NCBI GenBank assembly: GCA_030167145.1
Contig: CP126532.1
Location: 4,530,001 to 4,562,000 of the forward strand
Source of the DNA: Ktedonobacterales bacterium
GTDB lineage: Bacteria > Chloroflexota > Ktedonobacteria > Ktedonobacterales > JADMIN01
Direction of reading: 5' to 3'
Length of the DNA stretch: 32,000 nt
The notes under the pieces were generated by a model. It had not been told where the DNA came from, did no database searches, and saw nothing but the letters and a program-made list of their open reading frames with translations. Every line of letters begins with the position of its first letter. Within the stretch, counting starts at the first letter, position 1. Below, piece by piece: positions 15,947-25,077 of the stretch. The position numbers were made by a program, and so were the translations under genes.

Positions 15947-16037
15947 GCGTACTGCTGATACGAAAGCTATAATCGCAACACGAGTGCAGTGACAGCGACC
16001 ATCTGGAATCGCGCGGGATTCCCGTCAGGAGCGCTAC

Positions 16038-17060
16038 GTGATTTGCCCACGCTGCGAGACGCACAACGTTCCTGGCGCTGACTATTGCGCACGCTGCGGC
16101 TGGCCGCTAGCGTCGCCCACGCCACCTGTTGATGCGAGTACGACACTGCCTGGCAGAGTGCCAGATTACTCGTCTCCTATCCCGCAATATCCACCAACTG
16201 TCGAAGAATCACGGCGTCTGCCTCGCGGCATGCCCTATCACGGCACAGGCGAAGCGGCGCGGGCGCAAGCTCGTTCCTCGACGGGCAGGATTGTCTTGGG
16301 CATCCTGATCGTTGTGGCGCTGCTGGTCGTGCTGGCCGCAAGCACTGGGCGACTGAATGGACTGTGGCAGTCCGCGACGTCAGCGATTGCCCCAGGTGGT
16401 GGCGCGGGAGGTCCGGCAGCCGCCTTCACTTACACGCTAGACCAGGGTGATCCCAGCATCGTCCACTTTGACGCGAGCAGCTCTCGCGGTACGAATCTCG
16501 CCTATGCCTGGGATTTTGGCGACCAGAGCACACAATCCTCAGGTGATACGCTCACTCCGACACATCACTACGCTACGTCTGGCGCATATCGTGTCGCGCT
16601 GACCGTCACCGATGGCTCGCAGCGGCGCGCTACGACTGCGCACGAGATCACCATCACCACACCAGCAACAACGAATCCCTGCGACCAACTGGCTGAGTTT
16701 CGCAACGCGGGGACTGCTGACGCGGGGAGCGATTTCAGTGATGTCACATTCCCAGCCGATTCGGTGGGCTATGAGGCGAAAAACTACGTAGACGGCAGCT
16801 ATACCTTTATCCTCTTACCCATCTGCTCTGGCGCCACGACCGTGCAAGACGTGCAATCGTATTTCGCGCAATCGTTGCCTGGGGTGGGCTGGTCTTCGTC
16901 AGATACCTATCCCTATCATGGAGACCCGACAGCGGCATGTGGAGATCCTTACTGCTGGGTTTCGCAAGCGGCGCAGGTACGCTATGCCTCGCTAGAAGAT
17001 GTGCGCCAAAATGGTTCTGCTGTAACGTACTCGCTGCGACTTGGCGCTTTATCCAGCTAG
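16038..17060 (+). CDS. zinc-ribbon / single-TM / PKD-domain protein with Cys-containing C-terminal domain
   Basis: The gene has a GTG start with AGGAG 7 nt upstream. The zinc ribbon is CPRCETHNVPGADYCARCG. The TM segment is IVLGILIVVALLVVLAA. The PKD signature is FDASSSRG...YAWDFGDQS...GAYRVALTVTDG. Confidence 0.8.
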   Translation: MICPRCETHNVPGADYCARCGWPLASPTPPVDASTTLPGRVPDYSSPIPQYPPTVEESRRLPRGMPYHGTGEAARAQARSSTGRIVLGILIVVALLVVLAASTGRLNGLWQSATSAIAPGGGAGGPAAAFTYTLDQGDPSIVHFDASSSRGTNLAYAWDFGDQSTQSSGDTLTPTHHYATSGAYRVALTVTDGSQRRATTAHEITITTPATTNPCDQLAEFRNAGTADAGSDFSDVTFPADSVGYEAKNYVDGSYTFILLPICSGATTVQDVQSYFAQSLPGVGWSSSDTYPYHGDPTAACGDPYCWVSQAAQVRYASLEDVRQNGSAVTYSLRLGALSS

Positions 17061-17261
17061 CGCATTCTCGGTTTCTAGCGAGCGACTTGGACTCTCGGTG
17101 CGCATAGGATGCCCCTTGTAGAATATCGTATCGTCATGTATACTTGCTGCGTAATTGTCATCTGGTACTGTAAGCCCTGGCGGACAGTGTACCTTTGCAT
17201 CACAAGAACACCTCGCTAACACTGCCGTCGCGACGACCAGTAGCACCCAGGAGGTACCGGC

Positions 17262-19649
17262 ATGAACTGTCCTAATTGTCAGGCCCCGCTCGTCCCTGGC
17301 GCCACATTCTGCGTGCAATGCGGTACGCGCCTCGCGCCCGATGCGCCAGAGGCGGCGCCACCCACTCCCACCCCAGAGGTGGCGCCCACATACCCAGCTG
17401 CGCCTCCTCCGCCTCCGATGTCGGCGCCACCACCTCCGATGTCCGTGCCATTGTCCTATCAGCCGCAAACGTCTCCACCTGCACAACCAGCATACACTAC
17501 TCCGCCGTCGCAGCCCTTCTACGGTCAGCCACCCGCGCCACCTGCACAACCAGCGTACACTACTCCACCATCGCAGCCGCTCTACGGCCAGCCGCCATCG
17601 CAGCCGCTCTACGGCCAGCCGCCATCGCAGCCGCCCTATGGCCAACCTGCGTACAGCGCGCCGCCATCGCAGCCGCTCTACACAACACCACCTTCACAAC
17701 CAGTGTATGCGCCTCCGCCGTCGCAGCCGCTCTACAGCCAGCCAGCCGCGCCCTCACAACCTCTATTCAGCACGGTGTTCGGACCAGACGCCGACCCCAT
17801 GGGCGCGCCAGCGGCCCCCTCCACGCCCTTGCAAGAGTACATGACGCGGAATCTGCCGCGCCAGTATGCCCTGAACAAGTGGTTTACCGCGCTACTCGGC
17901 GCTATCGCGGCGGTTATCAGCGGACTCATCCTCACCGCTCTGGCGCAATCACTGTGGGGCAATGCCATAAAGGGGCTGCTCGGGCTGGCTCCTACACCGG
18001 CGAGCATCAGTTCAACCCTGGATAGCTATGGGCAGGCGCTGCTTACCCCTGACCTGCTGAAGCTCTTCGCGATCGAGCATCACGTCCCATTGGTAATCAG
18101 CGCGAGCGTATCCGCAGGCGGCGGCCCGGTGAACGCTTCACTCGGCGGCGACGTAACCCTCAATCTGCCGCTGACTGGCCTGATCATCATACCCGCGCTG
18201 GCGCTGACCCTCGGTGGCTATGTTTCTGCCACCAGCGGATATACCCATCAGGCGCGCTATGCCATTGCGCGCGGCGCGCTCATTGCGCCCTTCTATGCTG
18301 TGGCGACGGCGATCCTCGCCGCAATGGGATCGAGCAGCATCAGCGGTGGCCTGCTGAGTGAATCAGGCTCGGTGACGATTGCGCCAGCAGTATTTCCCGC
18401 TATCATCTATGGATTGCTCTGGGGCGCCATCTTTGGCGCATTGGGTGGCTGGATTCACCATTCAGGCAGGACGTGGCTTTCATCGGCGGTTCAATCGCTT
18501 CAATCGGTCCAAACGCTCCAGCGCAAGCGCGCCGCGGGCGCCCTCGCAGGCGCGGTGGCGGCATATCTCTGTGGCGTGCTGCTGTTCATTGCGGCTGGTA
18601 TTGGCGGCATCGCCTTTCTGCTCATCCACACCGCCGCCACGACCACAGTCAATGTCACACAGTTGCAGTCGGGCACGCAGGGCAATCCGGCGCTGATCGC
18701 ATTCCTCGCCATTACGATGGCGCCGGTGCTGGCGGTGTGGGCGCTGGCGGTCGCCTCTGGCGCGCCGCTACAGACCTTCACCTCGATCCCCGGAGGCTCG
18801 GGCTCTTCCGGCACGACTTCGATTGGCCTCATTGGCACGCACCAGGCCATACCGGGTCTCCTCTGGCTCATCGTGCTGATTCCGGCCATCGCCTACATCG
18901 CTGGTGGGCGCATCGCGGCGCGGGTCGCGCAGGCTGATCGCCCGGATAGCGCATTCATCGCTGGCGCATTGATGGCGGTCCCATTGAGCATCATCACCGC
19001 CGCTGCCGCCTGGCTCACCTCGGTCAGCTTCGACATCAGCTTCCTCGGCCAGAGCGGCAGCGTGGGCTTCTCGCCGTCCATCGGCGGAACCTTCCTCGCG
19101 GTGCTCATTTTTGGGGCAGTCGTGGGCGGCATCGGCGGGGTCAGCTACCTGCGCGCGCCGGGTCTCGGAGAACTGCCGCGCATCGTACTGATACCCTTCC
19201 GGCCCATCGGCGCGGCACTCAACCCGCTGCTCGACCGGCTCACCGGCGCGCCCGCGGGCCAGCCACGCAGCGCGGCGCGGCGGTGGGTCTATGATGCCGT
19301 GCTGGCGGCAGTGATCCTGGGTGTCGCTACCATCGTGCTCAACATCATCAACACGCCGTTAGCGCCTAGCGCGCCCTTCTCGCTGCTCAGCGGGCTGGAC
19401 CAGTGGGTCGGCGCGTTGCTCGGCGCACTGCCGATCTGCTACTTGATTGGCGCGCTCATAGTGCTATTCACTGGCTCCGCACAGTCTCCGGCGACTGTGG
19501 CAAGTGCGTCTGGGGGCATACCAGTGGCCGTGCCCGTGACCGCGCCCGGCAGCATCGCCTTCACCTACCCGCCAGCGCCTTTGGGGCAGATGCCCGGATA
19601 TCCACCGCAAGGCGTGGGCGGCGACACTCCACAGCTACCAACATCCTGA
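17262..19649 (+). CDS. zinc-ribbon protein with P/Q/Y-rich repeat region and about 11 TM helices (unknown family)
   Basis: The zinc ribbon is CPNCQAPLVPGATFCVQCG. About 150 aa of PSQPLYGQP-type repeats follow. The long Gly/Ala-rich polytopic region matches no family motif I recognise. A CAGGAGG RBS precedes the start. Confidence 0.8.
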   Translation: MNCPNCQAPLVPGATFCVQCGTRLAPDAPEAAPPTPTPEVAPTYPAAPPPPPMSAPPPPMSVPLSYQPQTSPPAQPAYTTPPSQPFYGQPPAPPAQPAYTTPPSQPLYGQPPSQPLYGQPPSQPPYGQPAYSAPPSQPLYTTPPSQPVYAPPPSQPLYSQPAAPSQPLFSTVFGPDADPMGAPAAPSTPLQEYMTRNLPRQYALNKWFTALLGAIAAVISGLILTALAQSLWGNAIKGLLGLAPTPASISSTLDSYGQALLTPDLLKLFAIEHHVPLVISASVSAGGGPVNASLGGDVTLNLPLTGLIIIPALALTLGGYVSATSGYTHQARYAIARGALIAPFYAVATAILAAMGSSSISGGLLSESGSVTIAPAVFPAIIYGLLWGAIFGALGGWIHHSGRTWLSSAVQSLQSVQTLQRKRAAGALAGAVAAYLCGVLLFIAAGIGGIAFLLIHTAATTTVNVTQLQSGTQGNPALIAFLAITMAPVLAVWALAVASGAPLQTFTSIPGGSGSSGTTSIGLIGTHQAIPGLLWLIVLIPAIAYIAGGRIAARVAQADRPDSAFIAGALMAVPLSIITAAAAWLTSVSFDISFLGQSGSVGFSPSIGGTFLAVLIFGAVVGGIGGVSYLRAPGLGELPRIVLIPFRPIGAALNPLLDRLTGAPAGQPRSAARRWVYDAVLAAVILGVATIVLNIINTPLAPSAPFSLLSGLDQWVGALLGALPICYLIGALIVLFTGSAQSPATVASASGGIPVAVPVTAPGSIAFTYPPAPLGQMPGYPPQGVGGDTPQLPTS
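17565..17645 (+). repeat. 27-bp coding tandem repeat x3 (PPSQPLYGQ), the core of a longer degenerate repeat tract (about 17455..17775)
   Basis: cc(a/g)ccatcgcagccgctctacggccag is repeated head to tail at 17565, 17592 and 17619. The third copy is imperfect. Confidence 0.9.
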
Positions 19650-19760
19650 CGGTATCCGCGCGACGATCCACCTGGCCGCGCTGCTATTCCGCATGTGCCA
19701 CGCATGAGCATCTATGGGATAGCAGGCGCGCCACCAGTGGCATAGAGGAGCTTTCATCAG

Positions 19761-20456
19761 ATGTATTCGCCAGAACAACCAACCTATCCATCAGCGCCGC
19801 CCACGCTGCCCGCTCCGCCCGCACCCGCCAGTCCACCGCGCACTTACGGCTGGCTGCGGATGCTGGTGCTGATCGCGGCGATACTCGCGGTCGCCACCTT
19901 CTTGCCGACCACGCTGCCCTCCACGGCGGCGCGTGCCCGTGTCATTGCCTATCCCAAGCCGAAGATCAGCATCAACGCTCCGCAGGGCACCGTCCGTATG
20001 GGCGATCCCGTGCAGTTGAGCGTGACGACGCAATCCGGGCGCGATTTGACCTTCGTCTGGCAGTCCGATTCCGGGCAGCAAAAAGGCGCGTCGGTTACCT
20101 ATACCTTCAGCAATTATGGACAGGAGGACATAACCGTTACGGCAACCGATCCCATCGGACAAACCGCCGAGGCGGACGCGACCATCTCCGTCATGCCGCC
20201 ACCGCCGGTAGCCGCGTTCACCTATACCTTGAACTCCAGCTTCTACTACTATGACATGTCCTTCGACGCGAGTGGCTCGACCGGGGCAGACATCCGCCAG
20301 TATGCCTGGGATTTCGGCGACGGGTATCAAGACACGAGCTACGGGCCATCTGAGGACCATTACTACTACAGCACCGGCACCTACACCGTCACATTGACGG
20401 TGACGGACGGCGCGGGGCAGACCGCGACTACAACGCAGCAAGTCACGGTCGGCTAA
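19761..20456 (+). CDS. proline-rich N-terminus / single-TM / tandem PKD-domain protein
   Basis: The TM segment is LRMLVLIAAILAVATFL. There are two PKD-like domains. The second carries FDASGSTGADIRQYAWDFGDG...GTYTVTLTVTDG. A GAGGAG RBS precedes the start. Confidence 0.8.
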   Translation: MYSPEQPTYPSAPPTLPAPPAPASPPRTYGWLRMLVLIAAILAVATFLPTTLPSTAARARVIAYPKPKISINAPQGTVRMGDPVQLSVTTQSGRDLTFVWQSDSGQQKGASVTYTFSNYGQEDITVTATDPIGQTAEADATISVMPPPPVAAFTYTLNSSFYYYDMSFDASGSTGADIRQYAWDFGDGYQDTSYGPSEDHYYYSTGTYTVTLTVTDGAGQTATTTQQVTVG

Positions 20457-20484
20457 TCCGGCGCCTTCCGGCCATCTGATTTGT

Positions 20485-20530
20485 GCGGATCGTCTACTGG
20501 CGCACAGTAGGCGATCCGCGGCTCTTTTTT
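20485..20530 (+). terminator. rho-independent terminator after the PKD gene cluster
   Basis: A 15-bp stem gcggatcgtctactg / cagtaggcgatccgc (one G-U pair) encloses the loop gcgca. It is followed by ggctc and TTTTTT (20525..20530). Confidence 0.85.
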
Positions 20531-20644
20531 GACGACGTCAATCACCGGTGCGGGGTATGGATAAGTTGTCCGCTTGTCAGCATTCATTCCGCATTGTCCT
20601 GCTGCGGTGTGGCCTGAAGTCCCAGCGACAAAAATGAGGCTTCT

Positions 20645-20833
20645 GTGGCATCGCGCAGGATACGGACGAGCAGATGCAGTTCATCATTTGCCGCTGAGGG
20701 GACGGCGCAGGTCTGGGAATGGATCAGAGCGGGCAGGCTCCGAGTGGACATTGAACTCGTGCCGCTTCGAGACGTGGCAAGCGCCTGGACGCGCGCAGAT
20801 GCCCATGGCAAGCGTATCGTCATCGTTCCCTGA
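20645..20833 (+). pseudogene. possible relic of the C-terminus of an MDR-family quinone oxidoreductase / alcohol dehydrogenase
   Basis: The frame reads ...AQVWEWIRAGRLRVDIELVPLRDVASAWTRADAHGKRIVIVP*. This resembles the usual C-terminal pattern of zinc-type/quinone oxidoreductases (G-L-hydrophobic..PL.d...A......GK.V.). The upstream part is not protein-like, and no intact N-terminal part is present. Confidence 0.3.
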
Positions 20834-21002
20834 TGGCGGCGCAAAGAAACTGGAAAAGAAAGAGGACCGATGGCAAGCCTTGATGCTTGCCTCTGAGCGA
20901 CGAGAGGCGTGGGGAGTATGGAGTATACTGATAGGCAAGATGCCTGGCAAGCTGCCGGGCAGTACATCCGCGCGACATCAACGACGATGGAGGCGAAAGA
21001 AC

Positions 21003-21752
21003 ATGAGCGTAAATACTCCACCTGCCACTCCGGCAAAGCGACGGCCCACCATCTACGAGGCCTACCTACGCACCGATGAACTCTTGGCATTGCAGACACC
21101 GCCCGAAGACCGCCTGCACCCCGACCAATTGACGTTTCAGGTGGTGCATCAGACCTTCGAGCTATGGTGGAAGATGACGGTTGAGATGTTCCAGCAGGCC
21201 GTTGCGCGGCTAGAGACTGGGCGCGCGGATGAGGCGGCGCAGGTGTTGCGGCGCGCGGTGTCGGCGCAGGGCGTGGTGATGCTGGCGTTGCGCCAGCTTG
21301 AATTCGTCGCTCCCGCCGACTTCCTGGTACTCCGCGCGGGACTTGGCAACGGCAGTGGCGCGGATTCGCCGGGCTTCAAAGCGATTCTGCGCACCGCGCC
21401 GGACCTCTGGGACGCCTTCGCCGCCGCTCTGGAAGACGCGCATATCTCGCTGGTGGACCTCTACGCCGACCCGCACGCCCACACGGCACTCTACGAATGC
21501 GCGGAGGCGTTGACCGACTTCGATGAGCAGTTCCATATCTTCCGCGCGGCGCATCTGAAGCTGGCGCAACGCAATCTGGGGCTGCGCGCCATCGGCACCG
21601 GCGGTACGCCGATGCCTGCGCTTGAGCGCACGCTGAGCGATCTGCTCTGGCTGCCACTCTGGGAGGCCCGCGACGCCCTGCTGGAGAAGGTGCAGCGCGA
21701 GACGGGCGTGGTCTATGGCGACGCGCCCATTTCGGGGCATGGGCACCCGTAA
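21003..21752 (+). CDS. kynA: tryptophan 2,3-dioxygenase family protein
   Basis: YEAYLRTDELLALQ, VVHQTFELWWK, LRAGLGNGSGADSPGF and FRAAHLKLAQRNLG..AIGTGGT match bacterial TDO signatures. The start is at ATG 21003, with GGAGG 9 nt upstream. The 143 upstream codons of the track ORF are rejected. Confidence 0.8.
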   Translation: MSVNTPPATPAKRRPTIYEAYLRTDELLALQTPPEDRLHPDQLTFQVVHQTFELWWKMTVEMFQQAVARLETGRADEAAQVLRRAVSAQGVVMLALRQLEFVAPADFLVLRAGLGNGSGADSPGFKAILRTAPDLWDAFAAALEDAHISLVDLYADPHAHTALYECAEALTDFDEQFHIFRAAHLKLAQRNLGLRAIGTGGTPMPALERTLSDLLWLPLWEARDALLEKVQRETGVVYGDAPISGHGHP

Positions 21753-21760
21753 GGGCAGCA

Positions 21761-22981
21761 TCATGGGCGGCGGCGCGCTCCCGAAGCTGACGGCGAGAGC
21801 CGGGGCGGTGTGGGCATCTTGCCAGCCGAGGAGGCTCCCGGTGGGAGGCCGCGCCGCCGGCGACGATAGGCCACGACACGCCAGATGACGATGCTGACGC
21901 CGACCACCAGCGCCAGACCGAGCAGTGTGGGCAATTCAGTGGCGGCAATCTCGATCTGTGGCAGCAGGCGCGTGCGCAGGCTCCAGCCGGAGGCATGCCG
22001 CTGCAAGTTGGCGGCAATGATGGTGACGAGGCCGAAGGCCGCCGTAAGGCTATAGTAGAGCAGAGCTATCTGGCGCTGGCTGAGGCCCAGCTTGGCGAGG
22101 CGCTGGTGCAGGTGCGAGCTATCATGCCGCAGCGGCGAGCGGCCACGGCGCAGCCGGTACATGATCACCCGGCCCATATCCAGAATCGGGATGCCCAGCA
22201 GCAGCATCATCATCGCTAGCTTCGCGCCGCCGACATTGGCCAGCATCGCCAGCGCCAGCCCCAGGAACATCGCGCCGCAATCGCCCATGAAGAGCCGCGC
22301 CGGATGCCAGTTCAGCGGTAGGAACCCCAGGGTGGCGCCTGCCAGCGCAGCGCAGAGAAACGCGGCAGTGTGCTGGCCGAGCATCCAGCTAATCGCCGCC
22401 ATCACCAGCGCGGTGATCGCCACTACGCCGCCAGCCAGCCCGTCAGCGCCATCCACCCAGTTGATGGTGTTCATCATCCCCACGATCCAGAACCAGGTGA
22501 ATGGGATAGCAATCCACAGCGGCAAGAAGATCTGGCCTTGACCGGAGCTGGCCAGCGGATTATGGATGACCTCTATCAGCGTGCCATGGGCCAGCGGGAA
22601 CATGGCGATCAGCGCGGCAAGGGTCTGCACAGCGAGACGCAGCCAGGGCGATAAACCGCGCACATCGTCAATCGCCGTCACGCCAATAATCAACACCGCC
22701 GCCACCAGAAATCCGGCATAGACGTGCAATTCATAGGGGTTGGCTGGGCGCACGAACAGTGCTGAGACCACCAGGAATGACGCGAAGATGGCGAGACCGC
22801 CGAGCCGAGGCACCGATGGGGGGGCTGCGCGGCCCGCTTCCGCTCTGCCGAGCAGACCCCAGCGACGGCAGAGGCGCACGACGACCAGACTGAGCGCGAA
22901 GGTCAGCCCAGCCGCGCAGACGGCGCCCAGGATCAGCAGCGCGAGCGACGGTTTGGCCGAAGCGAGTTCGAGTGCACCCAT
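21761..22981 (-). CDS. polyprenyl-phosphate N-acetylhexosamine-1-phosphate transferase (glycosyltransferase family 4, MraY/WecA family)
   Basis: VPRLGGLAIF, AIDDVRGLSPWLRL and NWVDGADGLAGG are present in a polytopic membrane protein with an Arg/Pro-rich C-terminal tail. The start is ATG 22981 or GTG 22990. Confidence 0.85.
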   Translation of the reverse strand: MGALELASAKPSLALLILGAVCAAGLTFALSLVVVRLCRRWGLLGRAEAGRAAPPSVPRLGGLAIFASFLVVSALFVRPANPYELHVYAGFLVAAVLIIGVTAIDDVRGLSPWLRLAVQTLAALIAMFPLAHGTLIEVIHNPLASSGQGQIFLPLWIAIPFTWFWIVGMMNTINWVDGADGLAGGVVAITALVMAAISWMLGQHTAAFLCAALAGATLGFLPLNWHPARLFMGDCGAMFLGLALAMLANVGGAKLAMMMLLLGIPILDMGRVIMYRLRRGRSPLRHDSSHLHQRLAKLGLSQRQIALLYYSLTAAFGLVTIIAANLQRHASGWSLRTRLLPQIEIAATELPTLLGLALVVGVSIVIWRVVAYRRRRRGLPPGASSAGKMPTPPRLSPSASGARRRP

Positions 22982-23042
22982 CCGTGCCACATCTCCTTTG
23001 CATCAGTCTACGCACGGAACCGCCGCCATGTTGCCACAAGTC

Positions 23043-24233
23043 CTATTCGGTGGCTCTATCCGCCGTAGCGAGCATTTCCAGCGCATAGCGTGCCTCGGCG
23101 CGGACTGTCTCATCGGGGTCAGTGGCCGCAGCAGTGCTGAGAGCAGTGTGCGCCTCGGTGCCGCCGATACGCCCCAGCCCCCAGGCAGCATGGCCGCGCA
23201 CCAGCGGCTCATCATGGCTGGCGAGCGCATGCGCCAGGGCGGGAATGGCGATGGGGTCGCCGATATTGCCGAGCGCGACACAGACGTTACGCAGCAGGCC
23301 ACGCCGCTTGGCGCGCTTGATGGGGCTGCGGCGAAAGCGCTCACGGAACTCCTCCTCGGTGAGTGCGAGCAGCGGGATGAGCGCCGGGCTGGAGCCAACC
23401 GTGGCGCGCGGCTGAAACTCCAGGCGTGGGCGCGCGCCAAAACGCCCTGAGGCGTGGAGCCGCGTTTCCGCGACATGATTGACAGGGCAGACCTCCTGGC
23501 AAATGTCACAGCCAAAGATATGGCTGCCGACCAGCGGACGCAACTCATGTGGAATGCTACCGCGCAGTTCAATGGTGAGATACGAGATACAACGGCGATT
23601 ATCGAGCACATAGGGCGCGATGATCGCGCCGGTGGGGCAGGCTTGCAGGCATAGCTCGCACTGGCCGCAGTTCGTTTGCAAGGGCTGATCTGGCTCCAGT
23701 TCGAGGCTTGTCACGATCTCCGAGAGAAACACCCACGATCCCCACTCCTTGGTCAGCAGCAGCGTATTCTTGCCATACCAGCCCAGGCCGGCGCGCTGGG
23801 CGACGGCGCGGTCCACCATGCGCCCGGTATCTACGAAGAGGATCGTTTTCTCGTCGCCGGGTGGGGCGAGCGTGCGGATCGCTGCGGCAAGGTGTTCCAG
23901 CCGGGCGCGAATGCTGTCGTGATAGTCGTCGCCCCAGGCGTAGCTGGAAACGCGACCATGTGGGTCACCACTGGTGGTCAGATCGCGCGGGGAATCGGTG
24001 AGATAAAAGGTGGCGAGCGAGATGACCGAACGCGCGGGTGGCAGCAGCGCACGTGGGTTGCACGAGACTTCGGCGCGAGCGGCGGTGAACCAATCCAATC
24101 CGCTCATCAATCCGGCGGCGATGCGTTCTTTAAGGGCGGCCTCCGCTTCGGGGAATGGTTCGGCGCTGGTAATACGCACCAGATCGAAACCAAGATCGTA
24201 GGCACGGTCCTTGATGTATTCAGTGGTAGACAT
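23043..24233 (-). CDS. queG: epoxyqueuosine reductase (tRNA queuosine biosynthesis)
   Basis: The two 4Fe-4S motifs are CGQCELCLQACP and CDICQEVCP. CISYLTIE is present. The C-terminal HEAT-like repeats include ALGNIGDP...AAWGLGRIGG. The start is at M32 (MSTTEYIKDRAYDLGFDLV). Confidence 0.85.
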   Translation of the reverse strand: MSTTEYIKDRAYDLGFDLVRITSAEPFPEAEAALKERIAAGLMSGLDWFTAARAEVSCNPRALLPPARSVISLATFYLTDSPRDLTTSGDPHGRVSSYAWGDDYHDSIRARLEHLAAAIRTLAPPGDEKTILFVDTGRMVDRAVAQRAGLGWYGKNTLLLTKEWGSWVFLSEIVTSLELEPDQPLQTNCGQCELCLQACPTGAIIAPYVLDNRRCISYLTIELRGSIPHELRPLVGSHIFGCDICQEVCPVNHVAETRLHASGRFGARPRLEFQPRATVGSSPALIPLLALTEEEFRERFRRSPIKRAKRRGLLRNVCVALGNIGDPIAIPALAHALASHDEPLVRGHAAWGLGRIGGTEAHTALSTAAATDPDETVRAEARYALEMLATADRATE

Positions 24234-24444
24234 ACATACGCTGATTTCTGCCCTCCCATGCCATACGCCCCAGAGCGCGGATACCATAGTATACGCCGCG
24301 AGACTTCTGCGCGGCTGAGTAGGCATTTTTCCGGCACACAGCGCCTATTCGTACCAGGCGTGTTGCACTTTGAACCGCTGTGCTTCTATACTGCGACCAC
24401 ATCAGCGACGATTCAGATGGCATCGGCGAGGGGAGCATGGCGCG

Positions 24445-25077
24445 ATGATTAACCCGAAAGACCGCGCAACCTTGAATCCGAAGCAGCGGGCAGAGCTAGC
24501 GGAGCGTGTGGAGAAGAAGCGCCGCGAACTGGGAGACCGCCCCGACATCAGCCAGGCGATGCGTAAACTTTCCGCGTCGAGTGGCCGTAACCCCATTGGC
24601 CCGCTGCCGAAGAAGCGTTCGACATTACTGACACTCATTCTGGGCGCGGTTGCGGCCGTGGTGATGCTGACGCTGCTGGTGACGGCCATCGCGGTGACGG
24701 CGGGTGGGTTCTGGTTGCAAAAGCAACTGAACGATCCTACGGCGACGGTGGACCAGTTCTACAGTGCGCTGCACCTGAAGGACTATCACTCGGCGTATTC
24801 GTACCTGTCACAGACAGCACAGCATCAACTCAGTGAATCGCAGTTCACGACCCTCTATTCCGGCTACGATCAATTGGGCGGCATCGTCCAGACCTACACG
24901 GTGAAGAACAGCGCGGTTAACGGCTCGACGGCCACGGTGAATATGGCGATTGTGCGGCGCGGCGACAGCAGCACCCAACAGGTTCAGACGCTGACGCTGA
25001 CACAAGAGAATAGCAATTGGCGCATCTCCGCGATTGTCCTGGGCAATTCGGAGCCAGCGGCAACGCCAAGCTCGTGA
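24445..25077 (+). CDS. membrane-anchored NTF2-like protein (DUF4878-like)
   Basis: A charged N-terminus is followed by the TM segment LLTLILGAVAAVVMLTLLVTAIAV. Then comes VDQFYSALHLKDYHSAYSYLS...NWRISAIVLG, which is typical of small NTF2-fold lipoprotein-like domains. Confidence 0.6.
   Translation: MINPKDRATLNPKQRAELAERVEKKRRELGDRPDISQAMRKLSASSGRNPIGPLPKKRSTLLTLILGAVAAVVMLTLLVTAIAVTAGGFWLQKQLNDPTATVDQFYSALHLKDYHSAYSYLSQTAQHQLSESQFTTLYSGYDQLGGIVQTYTVKNSAVNGSTATVNMAIVRRGDSSTQQVQTLTLTQENSNWRISAIVLGNSEPAATPSS

Noticed and set aside
17049-17645. The minus-strand ORF with the striking repeats RWRLAVERLRWRLAVERLRWW.
   Set aside because: It is the reverse-frame image of the PSQPLYGQP coding repeat of the 795-aa plus-strand gene, which has an RBS, a zinc ribbon and a coherent TM architecture.
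17565-17645. Checked the tandem 27-bp repeats, and the 132-bp direct repeats at 8416/9437, as possible CRISPR arrays.
   Set aside because: The 27-bp units are contiguous with no spacers and are in-frame coding sequence. The 132-bp repeats occur only twice and are gene-derived. No cas genes are present.
20574-21002. The N-terminal 143 codons of the 392-aa ORF containing the TDO.
   Set aside because: The sequence is not protein-like (Arg/Trp-rich). The TDO homology begins just after M144, which has a well-placed GGAGG RBS.
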